The notes under the pieces: generated by a model
The model's input: only the letters and a program-made list of their open reading frames with translations
Databases searched by the model: none
Told to the model about the DNA's origin: nothing
Position numbers and translations under genes: made by a program
NCBI GenBank assembly: GCA_002269645.1
Contig: NIVC01001104.1
Coordinates: forward strand, 186,001 to 250,000
DNA length: 64,000 nucleotides
Direction of reading: 5' to 3'
DNA from: Macrostomum lignano
Taxonomy: Eukaryota
Shown here: positions 42,548 to 51,727 of the stretch, piece after piece
Position numbering within the stretch: the stretch's first letter is position 1
How the letters are laid out: every line of letters starts with the position of its first letter

Positions 42548-42625
42548 GGATCGGGGCCGAAGGCAGTTGCTTTGTAAATGCCCTAAACACGGGTTCGAAT
42601 CCCAAGTGGGCCAAGTTTTTTTTTT
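42548..42625 (+). pseudogene. Degenerate tRNA-like sequence followed by a T run
   Basis: B-box GGTTCGAATCCC (42592-42603), a TTGTAAA anticodon-loop-like heptamer (Tyr GTA) and an oligo-T tract. The acceptor stem does not pair, so it is not a functional tRNA. Confidence 0.35.
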
Positions 42626-43004
42626 AAATTTAATTTTTTTAGCAGGAACGGATTTATTAGTATTTTCAATTCTCTTTCACTTGAATATAATTTAATATTG
42701 ATTGTTTAATTTTCATTTCCTTCTATACCTTATTAAAGAGTAAGAGTGAAGCTGAAAGTGCGGCACAGATGATTTGTTAGTGCAGAAAAAATATTACGAT
42801 ACATATCGGCAAGTATCATGTGTTGCGCGGTCGCCAAAGGCTTACAAGCAGTTTTAGCATGCTAAAAAGATGTGTTAGAGGTGAGAAGAGTTGCGGAGGG
42901 GTGGGGTGGGGGAGCGGGGTGTGGGGGCGGCAGCCCCCACGTTACGCAAACCCCACAACAACAACCACCCTCCCCAACAACAACGCGCGGGAGGGGTGGG
43001 GGAG

Positions 43005-44080
43005 CGGGGGTGTGGGGGCGGCCAGCCCCCCACTATACCACTAGAAAAACTAATGCCAGGGGCGTGGGGGGCGGCCAGCCCCCCACTATACCACTAGACT
43101 AACTAATGCCAGGGGCGTGGGGGGCGGCTAGCCCCCCACTATACCACTATACCACTAGACTAACTAATGCCAGGGGCGTGGGGGCGGCCAGCCCCCCACT
43201 ATACCACTAGAAAAACTAATGCCAGGGGCGTGGGGGGCGGCTAGCCCCTACTATACCACAAGACTAACTAATGCCAGGGGCGTGGGGGGCGGCCAGCCCC
43301 CACTATACCACTAGACTAACTAATGCCAGGGGCGTGGGGGGCGGCCAGCCCCCCACTATACCACTAGACTAACTAATGCCAGGGGCGTGGGGGGCGGCCA
43401 GCCCCCACTATACCACTAGACTAACTAATGCCAGGGGCGTGGGGGGCGGCAAGCCCCCCCCACTATACGAGCGTACCACTAGAAGAACTAATGCCAGGGG
43501 CGTGGGGGCGGCTAGCCCCCACTATACCACTAGACTAACTAATGCCAGGGGTGTGGGGGCGGCCAGCCCCCCACTATACCACTAGACTAACTAATGCCAG
43601 GGGCGTGGGGGGCGGCCAGCCCCCCCTATACCACTAGACTAACTAATGCCAGGGGCGTGGGGGGCGGCAAGCCCCCCACTATACGAGCGTACCACTAGAC
43701 TAACTAATGCCAGGGGCGTGGGGGGCGGCCAGCCCCCCACTATACCACTAGACTAACTAATGCCAGGGGCGTGGGGGCGGCCAGCCCCCACTATACCACT
43801 AGACTAACTAATGCCAGGGGCGTGGGGGGCGGCCAGCCCCCACTACACCACTAGACTAACTAATGCCAGGGGCGTGGGGGCGGCCAGCCCCCACTATACC
43901 ACTAGACTAACTAATGCCAGGGGCGTGGGGGGCGGCGAGCCCCCACTATACCACTAGACTAACTAATGCCAGGGGCGTGGGGGCGGCCAGCCCCCCACTA
44001 TACCACTAGACTAACTAATGCCAGGGGCGTGGGGGCGGCCAGCCCCCCACTAGACCACTAGACTAACTAATGCCAGGGGC
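43005..44080. repeat. ~52-bp GC-rich minisatellite CCACTAGACTAACTAATGCCAGGGGCGTGGGGGGCGGCCAGCCCCCACTATA, about 21 copies
   Basis: Visible units, each with a GTGGGGG/CCCCCAC stem. Degenerate precursor units occur at 42895-43030. Confidence 0.96.
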
Positions 44081-44751
44081 ATATGTCATAGCCATAAAAG
44101 GATAAAAACACAATATATAAACCATCGTCCCACCTTTGAAGACGACAGCGTCTTCATTCACTAGTCTTCACATGTTTCATGCTGAGTCGTTCTACAAATA
44201 AAGCGGTTGTGTAACTGTCTGCAAATTAGCGGGCAGTTAATGTCATTATCTGCCCGCGTTTAATGTCATTAACTGCCCGCTAATTTGCATTAAAGTAAGG
44301 TTGACATAGACTGTTTGTTCGATATTTCTTTCCTGCAAGCGGGCTTTAATGTAGTCTATGGCATTAAAAGGCAAGAATAAGTGCCCAGCGGGCACAAAGG
44401 TCATGGTACAATAAGATTTGTCACCAAAATTGAGAATCTGTGGCACAAAGTTTAAAACCGTGATAAAATATAAAAGTAAAAAATGCTGTATAAAGTCATT
44501 TCAATCAAAGGGCGATTGCAAAATCTATTCTCGCTGGTTCCTCGCTTTGCACATCGCCAGTAAGTAATATACCTGCACAGTATTATGAAGATTTAGATCG
44601 CACAACAAAGGCAAATCTATTACTGGATATTAGTCTGTGACCTGCACGCTTTGTGCCTTGCTGTACTTTGCTGTAAGCTTCCTCGAGCATTACAGACTGA
44701 CGGCGCGGAACTTCAGCTGCTTCATTGAGGCTTTCAGTTGACAATTCAACC

Positions 44752-45085
44752 GCACCAATCGATGTCTCCAGCTGGGAGCCGCTAGCAGCCGTGGCAGCAG
44801 CACCTGCACCAATCGATGTCTCCAGCTGGGAGCCGCTAGCAGCCGTGGCAGCAGCACCTGCACCAATCGATGTCTCCAGCTGGGAGCCGCTAGCAGCCGT
44901 GGCAGCAGCACCTGCACCAATCGATGTCTCCAGCTGGGAGCCGCTAGCAGCCGTGGCAGCAGCACCTGCACCAATCGATGTCTCCAGCTGGGAGCCGCTA
45001 GCAGCCGTGGCAGCAGCACCTGCACCAATCGATGTCTCCAGCTGGGAGAGCCGCTAGTAGCCGTGGCAGCAGCACCTGCACCAAT
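44752..45085. repeat. 54-bp tandem repeat, about 6 copies, open as an 18-aa repeat
   Basis: GCACCAATCGATGTCTCCAGCTGGGAGCCGCTAGCAGCCGTGGCAGCAGCACCT repeated almost perfectly. Confidence 0.95.
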
Positions 45086-45393
45086 CGATGGCTCTGCTAT
45101 CTTTGGCACCTGATTGGCACATAGCTGACACCACCAACTTATCTATCTGTAGCTCGCCTGGGGTATGTAAAATAAAAATTAAAAAATACCATGCATGTAC
45201 ATGTAAATCTGCTTCAATAATTGTTAGATCCATACCTTTCCGTATCTGAATGCACTGCTGATTAGTAATTCCTGTCTGACATTTTCGATGTTGCCATCCC
45301 CCGCATCCATCACAGTTGATATGGCATGCTGACGACTACTTACAACTTTTTCACACAGTAGACATAAATCACTACTGTTGGATCCATATACAT

Positions 45394-45692
45394 GTTAAAA
45401 TCAACATAGATTATAATAAATTCTTTCTTCCGACGCGTTTCGGTCCAACAATGACCATCTTCAGGGTCTGGTGTATTTTTAACTCACACAACAACTTTAT
45501 AAGTGAACAAATGTAATCCCTTCCAGGTGTCTCTCTAATCCCTGCCAGGTGTCTCTCTAATCCCTGTGACTTGTTCACTTATACTTGTTCACTTGTGACT
45601 TGTGACTTGTTCACTTGTGACTTGAAGATGGTCATTGTTGGACCGAAACGCGTCGGAAGAAAGAATTTATTATAATCTATGTTGATTTTAAC
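45394..45692. mobile_element. Penelope-like pseudo-LTR remnant in inverted arrangement (70-bp perfect IR)
   Basis: 45394-45463 is the reverse complement of 45623-45692. The arms carry TGAAGATGGTC...GACCGAAACGCGTC, the PLE hammerhead-type end. Confidence 0.75.
45425..45470 (-). ncRNA. Minimal type-I hammerhead ribozyme motif (PLE-type)
   Basis: The minus strand reads cc-CTGAAGA-t-GGTC attgttg GACC-GAAAC-GC-GTC-gg. The core, stem II and palindromic ACGCGT stem III are present; stem I is only about 2 bp. Confidence 0.65.
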
Positions 45693-46131
45693 TTTTGTAT
45701 TTCTCTGCCTGCTAAAGCGTGCTACCTTACCATATACATGTAGTCTGCAGAGTGCTGAGATTTAGTTTCGTAAAAATTCGTAGAAGTCAGCTATAGCATA
45801 CGTGTTAGTTTAAATCGTCTTCAAATCTATAGTCTGTACTTTGCGTGTGTACTATACAAGCTATAAGTTTTGCAAATATGTACATATATATCTGCAACAG
45901 GTCAAACAATAATCAATAAATTAAACTGCACTGTACATTTTGGCCTGAAATGAATTGCAGGAATTGAATTGAATTGAAGTTACGATGTACGTACATGTAT
46001 AATGATTTCTCAGTCAGTCAGTAATGCAATACAATGTAAATATGAATAGCATAAAAAATCTGTCAACTTTTCTCCCAAGTTTGGGCATTCGTTGCCACCT
46101 TGGCCAAACTGGTCCAATTAAAGGCGAAATG

Positions 46132-46391
46132 GGGCCTTTTCATATTGCTTGTTCTGGTTCCAGAACCAGAACCAATTTGTGAAGTATAACTTTTTGTCTC
46201 CATAACTAGAGGGAGATACGTTCTATAAAGTTTTTATTATTGAATGACAATCGCCAAGAAGAAAGTGAAAAATCGTGCAAAGTGAGGCTGTTAAGGCAGT
46301 CAAATATTAACAGAGTTTAATAGTTATACTGCTGTTTTTCTTGGAATTCCGAACCGATTCTGGTTCTGGAATTGGTAATATGAAAAGGCCC
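46132..46391. mobile_element. 260-bp PIF/Harbinger (Tourist-like) MITE, copy 1
   Basis: TIR GGGCCTTTTCATATT / AATATGAAAAGGCCC with a 3-bp TSD ATG. A second copy lies at 47015-47250. Confidence 0.8.
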
Positions 46392-46440
46392 ATGGTCCAT
46401 GGCCATGGTGTGATACAACTACATGTATCACACCTGCATG

Positions 46441-46616
46441 CAGGGGCGTAGGGAGGGAGGGGATAGCCGAAGAGCCTGACAAAAACTTTTTTGTTGCCCT
46501 TTGTTGCTATACATGCTACCATGTGACTCTGTCATAGCACTTTTACCTTGGTGTATCCCCCCGTAAAAAATCACCTTGGTGTTCCCCCCCGTAGGAAATT
46601 CCTGGCTACGCCCCTG
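46441..46616. mobile_element. 176-bp MITE with 11-bp TIR CAGGGGCGTAG (hAT-like end)
   Basis: CAGGGGCGTAG...CTACGCCCCTG is a perfect TIR pair. The TSD is not clean. Confidence 0.6.
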
Positions 46617-46654
46617 TGTATCACACGTATTCAATTACAACATTCGTCTCGGTT

Positions 46655-46705
46655 CAAAGGACTAGTGAGTCTTCAGTCTTCAGAAGATTACTTTAGTCGT
46701 CCTTG
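46655..46705. mobile_element. 51-bp CAAGG-family mini-MITE
   Basis: The right end CTTTAGTCGTCCTTG and a degenerate left end CAAAGGAC are flanked by TCTCGGTT / TCTCGGTC (7/8 TSD). Confidence 0.65.
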
Positions 46706-46971
46706 TCTCGGTCCTGTTGTTGCAGATAACAAAGTTTAGCTGCATGGATGTGCTCAACAAGTGTTACATTATTTATTAACTCGCTATCGGAAATGTCCAG
46801 AAACAGATTTTTTGTGTGCAGTAAAACAAGTCTCTAAGATTTTGTGTAGAAAGAAAAAAATCAGAGAAAAAGCACGGCATTATTTTTTATAAAAAACTCA
46901 TTTAAAATATGGTATTTTCGGGTGTCGGGTGAATTCAAGCACAGTAATGATATTTTATTAAAATTTTAATG

Positions 46972-47263
46972 CAAGGATGACTTAAGTAGACTAGGGACTA
47001 GGGCCTATACTTAAGGGCCTTTTCATATTGCTTGTTTGTGAAGTATAACTTTTTGTCTCCATAACTAGAGGGAGATACTTGCTATAAAGTTTTTATTATT
47101 GAATGACAATCACCAAAAAGAAAGTAAAAAATTGTACTTAGTGATGCTGTTAAGGCAGTCAAATATTAACAGAGTTAAATAGTTATACTGCTGTTTTTCT
47201 TGGAATTCCGAACCGATTCTGGTTCTGGAATTGGTAATATGAAAAGGCCCTAAGTCGTCCTTG
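46972..47263. mobile_element. 53-bp CAAGG-family mini-MITE interrupted by PIF/Harbinger MITE copy 2 (47015-47250, TSD TAA)
   Basis: Removing the 236-bp insert and one TAA restores CAAGGATGACTTAAGTAG...TATACTTAAGTCGTCCTTG. The insert matches 46132-46391 closely, apart from a 24-bp deletion. Confidence 0.8.
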
Positions 47264-47724
47264 ATTTTATGTTGTACACGCATGCAGCACAGCATGTCTT
47301 ACAGTCTTACATAGCCCCCCCCCCCTATTATGATCCTTGTGTACCCCAATAACCATATACACAATCTACCCATTACCATTGATCAAGGCAGTGAGGTAGG
47401 CACATAGTCAAAGCTGTCTCTGGGAGACATATCAGGGTGAATTTTTACTGAGTTCTACCCCAGAATTATTTCTGAATTAATGCTTCGATCTGTAATTGGC
47501 TAAAAGCCTAAAACAGATAGCAGATAGGCCCTAGCCTAACAAATACCAAATAAAGTTACTAATTTATTGAATATAATTTGAGTTAGAGTTTTTAGCTTTA
47601 TAGACTTGCTTTTAATTTTTGTCTCTATTCTTCTATGCCTTAGCCTGTCTATGCCTAGGCCTACTCTAATAAAACTTAAATAAATATTTTAACTCTTAAC
47701 ATTAAAAAATTGGAAGTGCTTATC

Positions 47725-49090
47725 CCCACACGCCATAGTCCTATGCCAATAATTCCAATTTTATTCACATGGATCTGTGTCAATAATTTTCAGCTTATCC
47801 AGATTCCACACAGCAGCTTATTGAAATAGCTGCCACCATCAAGTCTATAGGCTATGTCAATAACTCCAATTTTATTCATACAAATCTGTGTCAATAATTT
47901 TAGCTTACCCCCATGGCTAAGATTGTGCAGTTTTTTAGTTTATATACTGTGATGTTAAATGTTAACTAATATATTAGACCTTGTCTTTTTTATTATAAAG
48001 CATATGGCATAGGTGTAGCTTAAATAAAGTTATTACAATGTTTTGTGACTTTCCATTGAAAGTCACTGTGTGAGTGTCATTTTAATATCTTGCTAACTCT
48101 TTATTCAAAATCAATATTGTCATTATTATTTGCATTATTATTTTATTATTACATATCAAATTTTGGATTTTGCAATTCTTGTTTGCCTCAATCGTAGGCC
48201 TAAGCCTTAGGGTTGTTCAGTCATTCAAAGCAAAACTGGTAGATAAGCAAATATTTAAAATTAGGCCCTAACCCTTTTTATTTAATGACAAAAAAGTTTT
48301 AACAAAGACCTCAAAGTACTTATACTATTTAGTATTTAGCAATTTATTTGAAAGATTTAAAAATAGTAAAAACCATACATGCGCAACCCCTCTGATTTAC
48401 ACTGGCCATGTGACTTATTTTTTTACCAAAAATGCAACTTACCTGTGGAAGAAACCCTAAAGCAAAATTAACACAGTTTTGGGTAAACGGCAGGAGTAAC
48501 TATGAATGTCTTATCAGGCCTAAATGCCTCAGCATCTAATTAGTACAATGTCCATTCCTTTGGGGTGGCATTTTTGCAACTTACCCCTGGTCCACAAACA
48601 ATTTACAGTGGCCAGATTCACCAGGTCAGCTAACAGTTGCGCATGTATAGTAAAAATAAAAAGACAGTTTTTGCAAGCAAATTTTTTAGAAAAAAAACTG
48701 AATACATAATTAGATATATACTGTATAGTCATATGGGTATAACAACATATGACAAATATATAAATATATAATAATATAAACAAAATTATATATATAGGGC
48801 CTAAAATGCTAATAAACTATATGTAAATACTAGATTCAAAAGGACCTTTTGGGTCCTTCAACAGATTCATTTTAAGGTTCTCTATTCTAATAAGCTACCA
48901 TGGAGATAAGCTGAAAATTGTTTATATGGATCTGCATAAATAAAATTAGAATTATTGATACACCTTATAGATTTGAATGGTAACAGCTAGCCTATTTCAA
49001 TAAGCTACTATGGGAATAAACTAATAATTATTTATATAGTAATACAGATCTATGAATAAAATTGGAATTATTGGCATGGGACCATAGGGA
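47725..49090. mobile_element. Old, AT-drifted element with ~190-bp degenerate inverted ends
   Basis: CCATAGTCCTATGCCAATAATTCCAATTTTATTCAC (about 47733) is matched by GAATAAAATTGGAATTATTGGCATGGGACCATAG (about 49054). The internal subrepeat is duplicated in both arms. Confidence 0.55.
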
Positions 49091-49577
49091 TAAAGCATTT
49101 CCTTAAAAATTAAAAGTAGAAATAGGCCTATATGATACATCTTAGTGTAGGCTCTTATACCACCATGGATTTTACCAAAGAATTCCTTTAGACTTTCTTC
49201 CTTCAATAAAAGTCTTGGCCCCTAAGCTATTATGATGCTTATTCTTTAAAGTATCTATCTTGGAAAATAGGCCTATTATATTTAAAAGTGTGCATATTTG
49301 TTTAAATTACATTGTATTGCCATCATTATAAAAATTATAAAGTTTAATTTTTAAAAATAATAGTGAAAAACCTATAAGGATATAAGAGCTGCTACTGCTA
49401 GGCTTAATATGGAAAATTAATTTTGTCTATGCTTGTTTGCTTCCTTTAAACAAGCCTTGGCTTTATATACAAATGATTTGCAAATATTTTATTCTTAGAA
49501 AACAAGATCTTTAATTAGATATTAGAATATAAGAAATCTGGGTTTTTTGTGCAAATAGTAAGACAAAACTCAATATT

Positions 49578-49622
49578 ATTTGCGACACGTTTCGGCTAAA
49601 ACTAGCCATCTTCAGGCACTAT
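49578..49622 (-). ncRNA. Minimal hammerhead ribozyme motif in the inverted PLE end
   Basis: The minus strand reads tgc-CTGAAGA-t-GGCTA gttt TAGCC-GAAAC-GT-GTC-gca, differing by one base in stem III from the sense copy. Confidence 0.65.
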
Positions 49623-50027
49623 CGAACAGAATTTATTTCAACCTATTAAATACTGTGTAGACGACAAAATCACGTATTGAAAAGATATAAAAGGACTAAA
49701 GGATCAATGTACAGTATAGCAATGTTCATAATATTTTTTGTGGAATGACAGGACAGAGAAAAAAGAGAGAGAGAGAGAATGAGGCGTATGCGCCCCAAAT
49801 GTACTCTAGCTTAAAACACCAATAGCTGTTCACTTGCACCTCCTCCAGATAGTTGGACATTGAGAGTGGGTTTGTGTAACTTAATGTGCAGAGCTTCAAG
49901 AATGTTAAGTTTATGCTCATTTTTGCTGTTGTCTATGACCTTGAAATGAGAGGTTATGTCTGGCTCATCACAACAACCATGGCATTGCAGCAAATGTTCA
50001 TGAATCGGAGAGTTTCTTTTTGTCTTT

Positions 50028-51492
50028 AAATGTGTACAAGAAGATTATGCCGTGTGGGAGTCAACCTGGCCAACTCTATGGCTCGTGCAAGGTCCATAAG
50101 GAAGACAAACCATTGAGACCCATTGTGTCTATGCTGAACACGGCTGAATATGAGCTGGCTAAATTTCTAGACTCATTTATCAAGCCATGCATCCCTCAGG
50201 AATTCAGTTTGCGGTCCAATAGGGAATTCATAACAGCCATCAGCAATTACACCCCATCTCGCAAAGATCAATTGTATAGCTTCGATGTCACCTCTCTATT
50301 TACCAATGTTCCGCTGAATCTGGCGATCGACATTGCTACCAATTTGGTCTTCAAAGACAACCCAGCGCCACCAATCCCGGAGAAAGTGTTTAAGAAATTG
50401 TTGGTTATTGCCACGTCTGGGATATTCCAATTCGGCGATAAGTATTTCCAGCAAATTGACGGCTGCGCTATGGGCAGCCCTCTTGCCCCCACTCTTGCTA
50501 ACGTTTGCATGTCACATTGGGAGAAAACCTGGAGGGAAAAAAGCTGTGCTCCAAAATTTTACAAACGGTATGTCGATGACACATGCGCTATTTTTGATAA
50601 CGAGGAAGACTTTCTGCAATTTTTCAACACAATAAACGCCACCCATCCTAACATTAAATTCACCGTGGAATATGGTGGAAAGAAACTACCGTTTCTTGAC
50701 ATCGAGATCCATCTGAAGGACTGCGCTATTGAGACCAAAGTGTATCGCAAGCCCACATTCACTAAATTGATGCTTAATTTCCAGGCGTTGTGCCCCAGGG
50801 AATGGAAGACGGGAGTCATTCGTTGTCTGCTTCATCGTGCCTATACAGTATGTTGCTCTTGGTCGTTGCTGCACAACGAGTTTACCAACATTATCAATAT
50901 TCTCACTGCCAATGGATACCCTATCAACTACATCATGAAGGTTATTGGTAATTTCTTAGATGAAAAAATTGAAAAAAAGCTTAAACCTAAGCGGCCAGAT
51001 AGAGAACCAGGAGAACCAATCTTGACTCTTCCTTTTTTGGGCAACTCTTCGATTGTGTTTAAGAGGCAAATTCGCAAAACTTGCCAAAAATTCTTTAAGA
51101 CTAAGATTCATGTAGTGTTCCGTACTCATAAAGTCAGTCAATTTGTTGGGAGTTTAAAGTCTCGTGTTCCATGTGCTCTCAAGGCAGGTGTCATCTATCG
51201 TTTTCGTTGCTCTGTTGACCAGAGCATTACCTACATTGGTAAAACCAAGCGACACCTACGCACGAGAGCCAAGGAACATAGGCAACGAAACTCTCCGATT
51301 CATGAACATTTGCTGCAATGCCATGGTTGTTGTGATGAGCCAGACATAACCTCTCATTTCAAGGTCATAGACAACAGCAAAAATGAGCATAAACTTAACA
51401 TTCTTGAAGCTCTGCACATTAAGTTACACAAACCCACTCTCAATGTCCAACTATCTGGAGGAGGTGCAAGTGAACAGCTATTGGTGTTTTAA
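50028..51492 (+). CDS. Penelope-like reverse transcriptase plus GIY-YIG endonuclease (N-terminally truncated, frame intact)
   Basis: RT motifs LYGSCKVHK, LRPIVS, FDVTSLFTNVP, GCAMGSPLAP, RYVDDT, LPFLD and YRKPT. GIY-YIG motifs GVIYRFRC...YIGKTKRHLRTRAKEH and ILEALHI...PTLN. Confidence 0.93.
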
Positions 51493-51683
51493 GCTAGAGT
51501 ACATTTGGGGCGCATACGCCTCATTCTCTCTCTCTCTCTCTTTTTTCTCTGTCCTGTCATTCCACAAAAAATATTATGAACATTGCTATACTGTACATTG
51601 ATCCTTTAGTCCTTTTATATCTTTTCAATACGTGATTTTGTCGTCTACACAGTATTTAATAGGTTGAAATAAATTCTGTTCGA

Positions 51684-51727
51684 TAGTGCCTGAAGATGGC
51701 TAGTTTTAGCCGAAACGCGTCGCAAAT
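51684..51727 (+). ncRNA. Minimal type-I hammerhead ribozyme motif in the PLE 3' end
   Basis: tgc-CTGAAGA-t-GGCTA gttt TAGCC-GAAAC-GC-GTC-gca. It has the CUGANGA and GAAA core, a 5-bp stem II, a palindromic ACGCGT stem III, a GUC cleavage triplet and a 3-bp stem I. Confidence 0.75.

Larger units (their letters stand above)
39024..44413 (+). mobile_element. Putative full-length Crypton-like tyrosine-recombinase DNA transposon (about 5.4 kb including internal insertions)
   Basis: The left end AATAGTAC (39024) and right end GTACAATA (44413) are defined by homology to the mini-copies at 33750-34241. The 4-bp AATA occurs at both termini. The element contains the YR ORF. Confidence 0.7.

Noticed and set aside
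49726-49993. Minus-strand ORFs identical to the end of the Penelope ORF
   Set aside because: They are part of the inverted duplicate of the element's 3' end, not separate genes.
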